Shown: positions 18,140 through 24,940 of the stretch, piece after piece
Numbering within the stretch: position 1 is the stretch's first letter
How the letters are laid out: each line of letters opens with the position of its first letter
Assembly: GCA_963721685.1 (NCBI GenBank)
Contig: CAVRJJ010000005.1
Coordinates: forward strand, 311,367 to 375,366
DNA: 64,000 bases
Reading direction: 5' to 3'
From: an uncultured bacterium
GTDB taxonomy: Bacteria; Patescibacteriota; Saccharimonadia; UBA4664; SCTI01
Notes under the pieces: model-generated
The model's input: only the letters and a program-made list of their open reading frames with translations
What the model was told of the DNA's origin: nothing
Databases searched by the model: none
Program-made: the position numbers and the translations under genes

Positions 18140-19339
18140 ATGTCTGATGGCGGTGATGGACGCGAAGATGAAGGTACTGGCGGAGAAGGGGCTAAACACT
18201 TTGAGGGTGCCGATGATTTAGGGCGCCAGCTCGGAGGAGATGTAGGCGATGAAGATGAAGGAGTCGGACACTCAGAACATGTTGGTGATGGTGCAGTCGA
18301 AGACGCAAGCAATGAAGGTCAAGCAGAGGTCAATGAAATAACAAAGTCAAGTGAGAGTGATCGCCTAGATGCAGAGTTTTTGAAAGTCGTATTAGAGCTT
18401 GAACTCAAACACATAAGCGAAGTAAAAGATCTCGCTCGTGATGTGGCAGAAAATAGAGTAGGGGGATCATTTCATACTTGGCAAGATATTTATCAAAGCA
18501 CAAACTGGTTTGCACTTTTAGATAAACGTTCCGGTGAGACTTCGGATATTATCCGTGCGAGGACAGAAAGTAGATACCCTTCAGGTAGGTCTTATGCGAG
18601 TGAAAGGGGTTATGAACCGGATGACCAGTTCCATCCGTTTAACGAAAAAAGATCATATATATCGCCAGATGAAATTAAAGAGCTTGAAGTGGAACATTCC
18701 GAAGTAAGTGTGGATTCTCCCGAGTTTGTTGAGCTGGCTTTTCAAGCAAAGGCCAATAAGACTAGGAAGGAATTTGAGGAACGTATCGAAAGAGCAGAGG
18801 CTCGGGCCGTTCGGCGTGAAGAATGGGCTAAGGCTATACATGACAATCCCGGCGCAGTAGAGTTAATTGGAAGCCCTGGTTATGAGGGCAGTATTGAGTA
18901 TACTAATCCTGCAGAGCTCTGTGTGCGCATGGAAGCCGAGGCCCAAGTAGTTAGAAGGCGTGCGACTATTTTGCGGGATCGTGCACAAGCGATGTCTGTT
19001 CCCGGGGTAAAGTACGATCAAGCTGTTTTTGAAAATGCACTGTATAGTGCCATGAATGCTGAGCATGACCCTGAGGGCGAAGATAACTATGGTGGGTATA
19101 ATGGGCGGCATGCAGAGTATCGGTGGGTAAGGCAGGTTGAAGCAGATTACACCCAGGGAAGACGTCCTGCTCGAGAAACCACTAAGGCACGTATTGATAC
19201 GCTCCTATCCGACGAGGAAGCAAAGATTGGCGATGTAAAAGCATGCTACACCGGACACATCGTATATGAAGCCGAACAGTATGAAAAAGCAGCCGAAGAC
19301 ATTGAGCGCAGGCTTGCTGAGATCAAAACGCCTAGTTAG
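18140..19339 (+). CDS. hypothetical acidic protein (first gene of tRNA-His-adjacent island)
   Basis: A 399-aa ORF with a highly acidic Gly/Asp/Glu-rich N-terminus and no domain that I recognise. It has its own AT-rich upstream region. Confidence 0.5.
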   Translation: MSDGGDGREDEGTGGEGAKHFEGADDLGRQLGGDVGDEDEGVGHSEHVGDGAVEDASNEGQAEVNEITKSSESDRLDAEFLKVVLELELKHISEVKDLARDVAENRVGGSFHTWQDIYQSTNWFALLDKRSGETSDIIRARTESRYPSGRSYASERGYEPDDQFHPFNEKRSYISPDEIKELEVEHSEVSVDSPEFVELAFQAKANKTRKEFEERIERAEARAVRREEWAKAIHDNPGAVELIGSPGYEGSIEYTNPAELCVRMEAEAQVVRRRATILRDRAQAMSVPGVKYDQAVFENALYSAMNAEHDPEGEDNYGGYNGRHAEYRWVRQVEADYTQGRRPARETTKARIDTLLSDEEAKIGDVKACYTGHIVYEAEQYEKAAEDIERRLAEIKTPS

Positions 19340-19389
19340 ATTCAGGCCAAATCATCCGAAGACGATGCTCAAAAATCTACGAAGCCATC

Positions 19390-19476
19390 ACCGACCTAAA
19401 CCGAACGTCATTCACCATTTCACATATAATTTTATAATGTTCAGTTCGCAACTTGGCCGCCAACTCGCCCCAATTG
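19390..19476 (+). repeat. island direct repeat, copy 1
   Basis: It aligns with copies 2 and 3 on the core ..AAACCG.A..TCATT.ACCATTTC.CA.AT...TTT.TA.TG.TC.GTTCG.AAC.TG..CGCC(AACTCGCCCCAAT). Confidence 0.6.
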
Positions 19477-19587
19477 CTTTCGAACTTATTTTACCTTGGC
19501 AAAGGCATTATTCGCTCTTCAAACCCGTAACGCTGAATGGGTTTCGAACCCTTAGTCGAGCCATGATTTTGCAATAATTGCGGGTTG

Positions 19588-19618
19588 CCCCGGCGCGACT
19601 GGGGAAGTCGCGCCGGGG
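19588..19618 (-). terminator. GC-rich perfect hairpin downstream of the minus-strand GC-rich gene
   Basis: CCCCGGCGCGACT-GGGGA-AGTCGCGCCGGGG is a 13-bp perfect stem 18 nt beyond the stop of 19637..20116. It has no U-tract. Confidence 0.4.
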
Positions 19619-19636
19619 CGAAGCGCGTAGTGCGCC

Positions 19637-20116
19637 CTAGTGCCGGTAGAGCAGGACGGGAGTGTTGCCCGGCAGGGCATCGAGGTATGCCCTGACTGCC
19701 CGGTTGCGGCTATGGATCGGCCAGTCGCCTTCGACGTGGTCGATCCCTGGAACCTCGATCTTGGCGAGATCCCTGGCGTATGCCCAGGTCATCTCGCCGC
19801 CGGTTGCGTCCGTTCTCGTCATCTCGTAGCCACCCTCGCGGAAGACGTAGATCTCGACGTCGGCCGGAAGCGGGTGCGTGTTGATGCGCGGTTCGTCCGG
19901 AATGTCGTGGCGGTGGCTTGCCATCTCCTTGACCCAAGCCAGGTCGAAGATCTGACCGAGGGTCTCGTAGTTCTGGCCCATCTCGAGGACGCTGTGCGGA
20001 TAGACCTCTCTGCTCGTGAGAGCATCAGTGCCCGCAATCAGCAGTCTGAGGTATTCTCCCATGTCTGTGCTCCTTTCAAGAGCGGTTTGTGTGCAAGGGA
20101 TGCTATATAATAACAT
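19637..20116 (-). CDS. hypothetical protein, strongly GC-rich (cassette 1 of island)
   Basis: A 159-aa ORF. Third codon positions on this strand are overwhelmingly G/C by manual tally, much more so than in the overlapping plus-strand ORF, so the minus strand is taken as coding. Confidence 0.5.
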   Translation of the reverse strand: MLLYSIPCTQTALERSTDMGEYLRLLIAGTDALTSREVYPHSVLEMGQNYETLGQIFDLAWVKEMASHRHDIPDEPRINTHPLPADVEIYVFREGGYEMTRTDATGGEMTWAYARDLAKIEVPGIDHVEGDWPIHSRNRAVRAYLDALPGNTPVLLYRH

Positions 20117-20222
20117 AAAATGCTTGAGTTATAAATGCTTTTATGGTGCAGTATAAATAATTCGTGCGGGCATCGCATTAACCACCATATATAGTATTCA
20201 CAATCCGGTAGGACTCGCCATT

Positions 20223-20311
20223 ACCGACCGAAACCGTATATCATTTACCATTTCACAAATCGCTTTGTAGTGCTCGGTTCGCAACCTGAACGCCAACTCG
20301 CCCCAATATTG
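20223..20311 (+). repeat. island direct repeat, copy 2
   Basis: The same core as copies 1 and 3, about 830 bp downstream of copy 1 in the same orientation. Confidence 0.6.
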
Positions 20312-20471
20312 TTGCAATTATATGAAAAGTATGGTATTATAACGCCCATCTCACTTGAGAGTTCTTTCAATTATGTAATGGAGAGCCATTTGCGCATTGC
20401 TGTGCGTAGCTGGCTCTCCGTTTCTGCCGCGGCGAGCTCTACTACTACTTAGGCAGAACAAGGAGTTCACC

Positions 20472-20975
20472 GTGTACACTCACCTGTACGTTAGCTACAC
20501 CGACGCTGAGCGTCTGTTCAAGAAGTTCGGACGGAAGCCGCTTGGACCGGGCGAATCCGGATGCGTCACTCGCTCGACGCTCGATGAGCATTTCAGCGAG
20601 TTCGGCATGACCTACATCGACCGGCTGGACGCATCTCTCGAGCCCGACCGGACCGACGACACGTTCGTCCTCAAGTTCAGCAAGTACCTCCCGCATGTTC
20701 CGCGGGAGCTCGTCGAGATGGGCATCAAGGTTCTCAGGGTCGAGATGGTGCGCTACAACAGCGCACCGACCAGTGCTCGTGCCGGGTACTACGAGAGCCT
20801 GACCGGCTTCACCGCAACGGTGGAGAACGTCGTTTCGACACAGAACGGCAAAAGGGTTGGCGCGTATGCCCAGAACATCACGCTCACAGGCCCTTCCCTC
20901 ATGGCGGCGCAGCAGTTCAACTCGCAGCTGAGCGAGGGGGGCAGCAACCACTTGCTGGTGAACGCCTTCGAGTAA
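20472..20975 (+). CDS. hypothetical protein, strongly GC-rich (cassette 2 of island)
   Basis: The start is reassigned to GTG at 20472, which sits 6 nt after an AAGGAG RBS. The protein is about 167 aa, with third positions mostly G/C. The overlapping minus-strand ORF has Arg/Ala-rich antisense-type composition. Confidence 0.5.
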   Translation: MYTHLYVSYTDAERLFKKFGRKPLGPGESGCVTRSTLDEHFSEFGMTYIDRLDASLEPDRTDDTFVLKFSKYLPHVPRELVEMGIKVLRVEMVRYNSAPTSARAGYYESLTGFTATVENVVSTQNGKRVGAYAQNITLTGPSLMAAQQFNSQLSEGGSNHLLVNAFE

Positions 20976-21035
20976 GCAGAGACGGGAGCACAAGGCGGGC
21001 CTACGGGCCCGCCGCTTCCATTTATGCACTTATCG

Positions 21036-21104
21036 TTTTAAACCGAATATCATTAACCATTTCGCAAATAGCTTTATAGTGCTCGGTTCGTAACATGGAC
21101 GCCC
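21036..21104 (+). repeat. island direct repeat, copy 3
   Basis: The same core. Its 3' end provides the ATG of the truncated uridine-kinase-like ORF. Confidence 0.6.
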
Positions 21105-21481
21105 TTCGAAGCGGTAAAAGCGTAACGATTGATGTTTGGAGCCATCGGTCGAACTCCGATTATTTTAACCATGGCAAAATGAAACCGCGCACCCTTTTTC
21201 CAAGACCTATCATTCTTATTGAAGGCTACTTGGCACTTTGGAATCCAAAACTGAACGAGCAGTATGACCGCAAGTACTATATTGATTTGAATGAGGCGAC
21301 GCGCACGGCTCGAAGAAAAAATAAGATTATATATAGCGACGACATTGTAATCCCGATGCACAATAAATATATTGAACCAACCAAAAAACACGCTGATATT
21401 GTTTTTTACGTGGTCAAGATGAGCGCCGGAGAACTTCAGCGTAAAATAAGAGAAGATATTCGCTCGGCGTCGCTAGTGTGA
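21095..21481 (+). pseudogene. uridine kinase/phosphoribulokinase-family fragment lacking the N-terminal P-loop half
   Basis: The encoded ..ALRSGKSVTIDVWSHRS..IILIEGYLAL..IDLNEATRTARR..HNKYIEPTKKHADIV.. matches the C-terminal two-thirds of uridine kinase. No GxxGxGKS P-loop is present upstream, where repeat copy 3 lies. Local sequence is AT-rich. Confidence 0.5.
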
Positions 21482-21568
21482 ATGCAGTGTCAGGCAATTC
21501 TAAGCTAAGAGGGCTCTACAGATCCATCGGCATAAAGTATTTATGCTTGTTTACTCCAGGAAAAGTCC

Positions 21569-21904
21569 ATGCTACGCTTACCTCAACAAATAGAGATTAT
21601 ACCTATGATCGCAAAAAAGATTATTCACGGAGTATTAAGTGGAATAGTCGCATCCATACTCTTGGGAATGTTGGCCGCGAAATTGGGGGAAATGGCAGCA
21701 AATGGAGACCCCAGCGATGTCAGTGGCTTATACATTATTCTGATGCCGATAATGTTTGGGCCGATTGCCATTGCTATTGGTCTAGTGGCTTCATTTCTCC
21801 TATTAAGAAAATCTATAACCAAAAGAAGAGTACTCCTAATATATTTGGTTACCTTCCTTTTGATCTGCGTGGTTAGGTATGCATTTGCCGGAACAATCGC
21901 ATAA
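21569..21904 (+). CDS. small hypothetical membrane protein
   Basis: A 111-aa ORF with three predicted hydrophobic helices in an AT-rich segment. Alternative overlapping ORFs exist. Confidence 0.3.
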   Translation: MLRLPQQIEIIPMIAKKIIHGVLSGIVASILLGMLAAKLGEMAANGDPSDVSGLYIILMPIMFGPIAIAIGLVASFLLLRKSITKRRVLLIYLVTFLLICVVRYAFAGTIA

Positions 21905-21972
21905 TTGCGCAAAGTTATCATTGTTGCCGTAGAATTCGGCAGCAACCTATTGCTATAATTTAAGCTGACTTA

Positions 21973-22482
21973 TTGGAGAAAAACATGCAAAAGTTCAAGC
22001 CGTTCATTTGGTTCAAAGATAACGCTGAAGAGGCGATGAATTACTATGTTTCCACTTTTAGAAACTCTAAAATCACGCACATTGAACGTTATAGCGGGGA
22101 TATGGGTATTCCTGGCGAGAAAGAACTGGCCGGGAAAGTACTGACAGGTGTTTTTGAACTGGACGGGCAGGAATTCCAGTGCCTCGATGGGGGACCGCAG
22201 TTTGAAATGACCGGAGCCATTTCATTTTTATGGGAGCTTGAGACCCAAGAAGAAATTGATGAAGTTTGGGAAAAGCTGGTTGACGGCGGTAAAGCCATAC
22301 AGTGTGGCTGGGTGACCGATAAGTTTGGCGTAACCTGGCAAATTACACCTGCAATTATGGGCCGGATGATGAGCGACCCATCGGCCACCCCCGAACAAAA
22401 GAAAGCCTTAATGCAGGCCATGATGCCCATGGTTAAGTTGGAGATAGCGCCGCTAGAAGCCGCCTTTAACGCGGCTAAATAG
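21973..22482 (+). CDS. VOC-family / PhnB-like (3-demethylubiquinone-9 3-methyltransferase-like fold) protein
   Basis: MQKFKPFIWFKDNAEEAMNYYVSTF..ERYS.. is the typical PhnB-like N-terminus. The protein is 169 aa. Confidence 0.65.
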   Translation: MEKNMQKFKPFIWFKDNAEEAMNYYVSTFRNSKITHIERYSGDMGIPGEKELAGKVLTGVFELDGQEFQCLDGGPQFEMTGAISFLWELETQEEIDEVWEKLVDGGKAIQCGWVTDKFGVTWQITPAIMGRMMSDPSATPEQKKALMQAMMPMVKLEIAPLEAAFNAAK

Positions 22483-22510
22483 TGAAAATAAAATTCCTGG
22501 ATGGTTTATT

Positions 22511-22765
22511 TTAACGCGGCCCGGAATGTAGATCCTGAATTCTTCTTTGGGCGGCGAATGCATCACTCCGCGCGATGTCTTGGCTTGGGTCCTCAAGAAT
22601 CTGCAAAGCAGCTTCCAGGGCGCCAGGATGGCCGGCCGCGTAGGCTTCGGTATGTATATCTACTTTCTCCTTTGCCGTTAATGTTGGATCACTGGCAAGT
22701 TCGTCTACGCGGTCGTAGTCACCGGCGTAAGTAGCATTAACGGCTTCTGTCAATAAATCATTCAT
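22511..22765 (-). CDS. hypothetical protein
   Basis: An 84-aa ORF with plausible composition and no recognisable domain. Confidence 0.3.
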   Translation of the reverse strand: MNDLLTEAVNATYAGDYDRVDELASDPTLTAKEKVDIHTEAYAAGHPGALEAALQILEDPSQDIARSDAFAAQRRIQDLHSGPR

Positions 22766-22958
22766 TTCCCGAGTAGTTCTAGCAGCGGTTGGGTGCTCGG
22801 TTCAGGTTGTCGGCTTCTCATGAGATCCGCCGCAAGGTTTCTGGCTCTGGCAAATGGCTTGTCCGAATTGCCGCCTGTCTCACTCCGCTCATCTTCAATA
22901 CCCATAGTGTACTATCCTTATGGTTACGTTGACCTAATCCTAACATATTGTGCCGTCT

Positions 22959-23231
22959 CTACACGTAGTCGGTATCGATATAGCAGTAGCGCCATTCTTT
23001 GGTGTTAGCGGCAGCTGTTTTGAATGACTCAATAATAGGATGTCCGGTTTCATTAAAGTGCTTGCGGGCGTGCTGGCGGGGGGAGCGGTCGCAGCAGGCT
23101 ACCTTTCCGCAAGAGAGGCACTGGCGCAACTCTACGAGGTCGACTCCTTCGGCCACGCACTCTTGGCAGGTATCACTGCTTGGGGCCACTTCTTTAATTT
23201 GGTCTTGATGGGTGCAGATTGAATTAGGCAT
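22959..23231 (-). CDS. UBP-type zinc-finger domain protein
   Basis: CTHQ..CQECV..L.LRQCLSCGKVACCD..RQHARKHFNETGH matches the zf-UBP Cys/His ligand pattern. The start is reassigned to MPNSIC... Confidence 0.6.
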   Translation of the reverse strand: MPNSICTHQDQIKEVAPSSDTCQECVAEGVDLVELRQCLSCGKVACCDRSPRQHARKHFNETGHPIIESFKTAAANTKEWRYCYIDTDYV

Positions 23232-23323
23232 TGTTTCTCCAGAATTATATAGGAAGTATATCAGGGTATATCTTGGAGGAATGCACAAGAATGGTGAACA
23301 CTAAAGATGATATTTATAAATAG

Positions 23324-24940
23324 ATGAAGCAATTGTGGTATAAAAACGCCGTTATTTACGCGGTGGATGTTAGTACATTCCAAGACAGCAACGATGATGG
23401 GATAGGTGATTTTCCAGGGCTCACCAAACGCTTAGATCATTTGGCGTATATGGGTGTTGACTGCATCTGGGTGTTGCCCTTCTTTCCCAGCCCCCGACGG
23501 GATAATGGCTACGACGTCACCAACTATGTTGATATTGATCCCCGCTTTGGAACCTTTGATGACTTCAGGAAGTTTATTAAGCGTGCCGACGAGTTGGAGA
23601 TACGAGTGCTTATTGATTTGGTGGTACACCATACGTCAGACCGTCATCCGTGGTTTGAGGCGGCGCGGTCTGACCGGACTTCCAAATACCGCGACTACTA
23701 TATCTGGAGTGATGACCTCCCTTCTATAAAAACCGAAAAAAGCTTTTTCCCAGAAGTGGAGTCAGGCGTGTGGCGCTACGACCCGATTTCCGAATCCTAC
23801 TACCGGCATGGGTTTTACCATTTTCAACCGGATCTGAACTTTGCGAACCCCCATGTTCGCCAAGAGGTATTTAACATTGTGGATTTCTGGCTTTCCTATG
23901 GTATCAGCGGTTTTCGCATTGACGCCGCTAACTGGATCATGGGCCTTAAGGGTCTGCCTGGAACAGAGGTAAAGGACCCTGGTGCCTTTTGGAAAAAAAT
24001 CCACGATTTTATTCGGAAGCGGCGGGAGGACGCGGCCCTTTTGGTGGAAGCGGACATGGAGAAGGAGGAGATACCCAGCTTTGTCTTAGGCGGCAAAGGA
24101 GTGCAAATGCTAAAAAACTTTTGGGGAAATCAAACAATGCTTTACGCGCTGGCATCTGAAAAAGCTCAACCGTTGCTCGATACGCTTAACGAGCTTCCGG
24201 TTATGCCCACAGAATCCCAATATGTAAATTTTTTACGTAATCTCGATGAAGCGAACATCGAGCGTCTCACCACCGAGGAACAAGATGTGGTTTACCGCAA
24301 ATTCGGAGCCAAGAAAACCATGCAGGTGTATGGCCGGGGGATCCGGCGGCGGCTTGCCCCTATGTTAAAGGGCAATATAAAACAGTTAAAAATGGCGCAC
24401 AGTTTATTGTTTTCGATGCCTGGAGCGCCACTAATACCATACGGTGACGAGATAGGGATGGGGGATAATTTAAAACTTCAGGAGCGTGACGCGGTGCGGG
24501 TTCCGATGCAATGGGCAAACGAGCCTTATGGCGGTTTCTCCACTACCGATGTGTGCGATATTGTAGACCGACGCGTACGGGAAAAGCAATTCCATTACCG
24601 GCGGGTGAATGTGGCTGCGCAGAAAAACGATTCCGACTCTTTGCTTAATTGCATAAAAAAACTGATTGAATTGCGGAAGAAATATCCGATAGTTGGCGCC
24701 AGTAACTTTGAGGCCTTAGTAACCGACCGCCCCGATGTAGTAGCCTTAAAAGTGGAAAATGGGAACGCCAGGTTTATAAGTTTTCATAACCTATCAAGCA
24801 AAGCTTGTATTGCTAAGCTCAAGATTCCCGCGCACCTTAAAGGGCTAAAAGAAGTTATGTCGGATAGTGAATACGAAGCTCCCAGCGATGGATTGCGTCT
24901 TGAAGCGTATGGATGGAGGTGGTTCACCGATGGCCGATGA
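23324..24940 (+). CDS. GH13 family alpha-glucan enzyme, trehalose synthase / maltose alpha-D-glucosyltransferase-like
   Basis: WYKNAVIY.., FFPSPRRDNGYDV, DLVVHHTSDRHPWF and GFRIDAA are GH13 conserved regions with TreS-like character. The length is 538 aa. Confidence 0.7.
   Translation: MKQLWYKNAVIYAVDVSTFQDSNDDGIGDFPGLTKRLDHLAYMGVDCIWVLPFFPSPRRDNGYDVTNYVDIDPRFGTFDDFRKFIKRADELEIRVLIDLVVHHTSDRHPWFEAARSDRTSKYRDYYIWSDDLPSIKTEKSFFPEVESGVWRYDPISESYYRHGFYHFQPDLNFANPHVRQEVFNIVDFWLSYGISGFRIDAANWIMGLKGLPGTEVKDPGAFWKKIHDFIRKRREDAALLVEADMEKEEIPSFVLGGKGVQMLKNFWGNQTMLYALASEKAQPLLDTLNELPVMPTESQYVNFLRNLDEANIERLTTEEQDVVYRKFGAKKTMQVYGRGIRRRLAPMLKGNIKQLKMAHSLLFSMPGAPLIPYGDEIGMGDNLKLQERDAVRVPMQWANEPYGGFSTTDVCDIVDRRVREKQFHYRRVNVAAQKNDSDSLLNCIKKLIELRKKYPIVGASNFEALVTDRPDVVALKVENGNARFISFHNLSSKACIAKLKIPAHLKGLKEVMSDSEYEAPSDGLRLEAYGWRWFTDGR

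Noticed and set aside
19520-19570. tRNA-like fragment (..AATGGGTTTCGAACCCTTAGTCGAGCCA..) that might be an att-site duplication
   Set aside because: It contains a T-loop-like GGGTTTCGAACCC, but I could not fold a consistent T arm plus acceptor. It does not match the 3' end of any of the four tRNAs in the window.
19640-20110. 156-aa plus-strand ORF over the GC-rich segment
   Set aside because: It is co-phased with the minus-strand ORF. The minus strand carries the very high GC3 and a balanced amino-acid composition, while the plus-strand product is Arg/Val/Ala/Asp-rich in the way antisense products are. I kept the minus-strand gene.
20445-21029. 194-aa minus-strand ORF over the second GC-rich segment
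   Set aside because: By the same logic, the plus-strand frame has the GC3 bias and an AAGGAG RBS, and the minus-strand product is Arg/Ala-rich antisense.
19390-21104. The three direct repeats as a CRISPR array or as integron attC sites
   Set aside because: Unit spacing of about 820 bp with whole genes in between is incompatible with CRISPR, and no cas genes are present. The repeats lack the inverted R''/L''-L'/R' core architecture of attC (RYYYAAC...GTTRRRY), and no intI is present. I report them as a repeat family of unknown mechanism instead.
24867-24929. N-terminal extension of the second GH13 ORF
   Set aside because: GH13 homology begins at MADEATFPYLKGKVVYQIYPRSF (24930). The upstream part overlaps the first GH13 gene.
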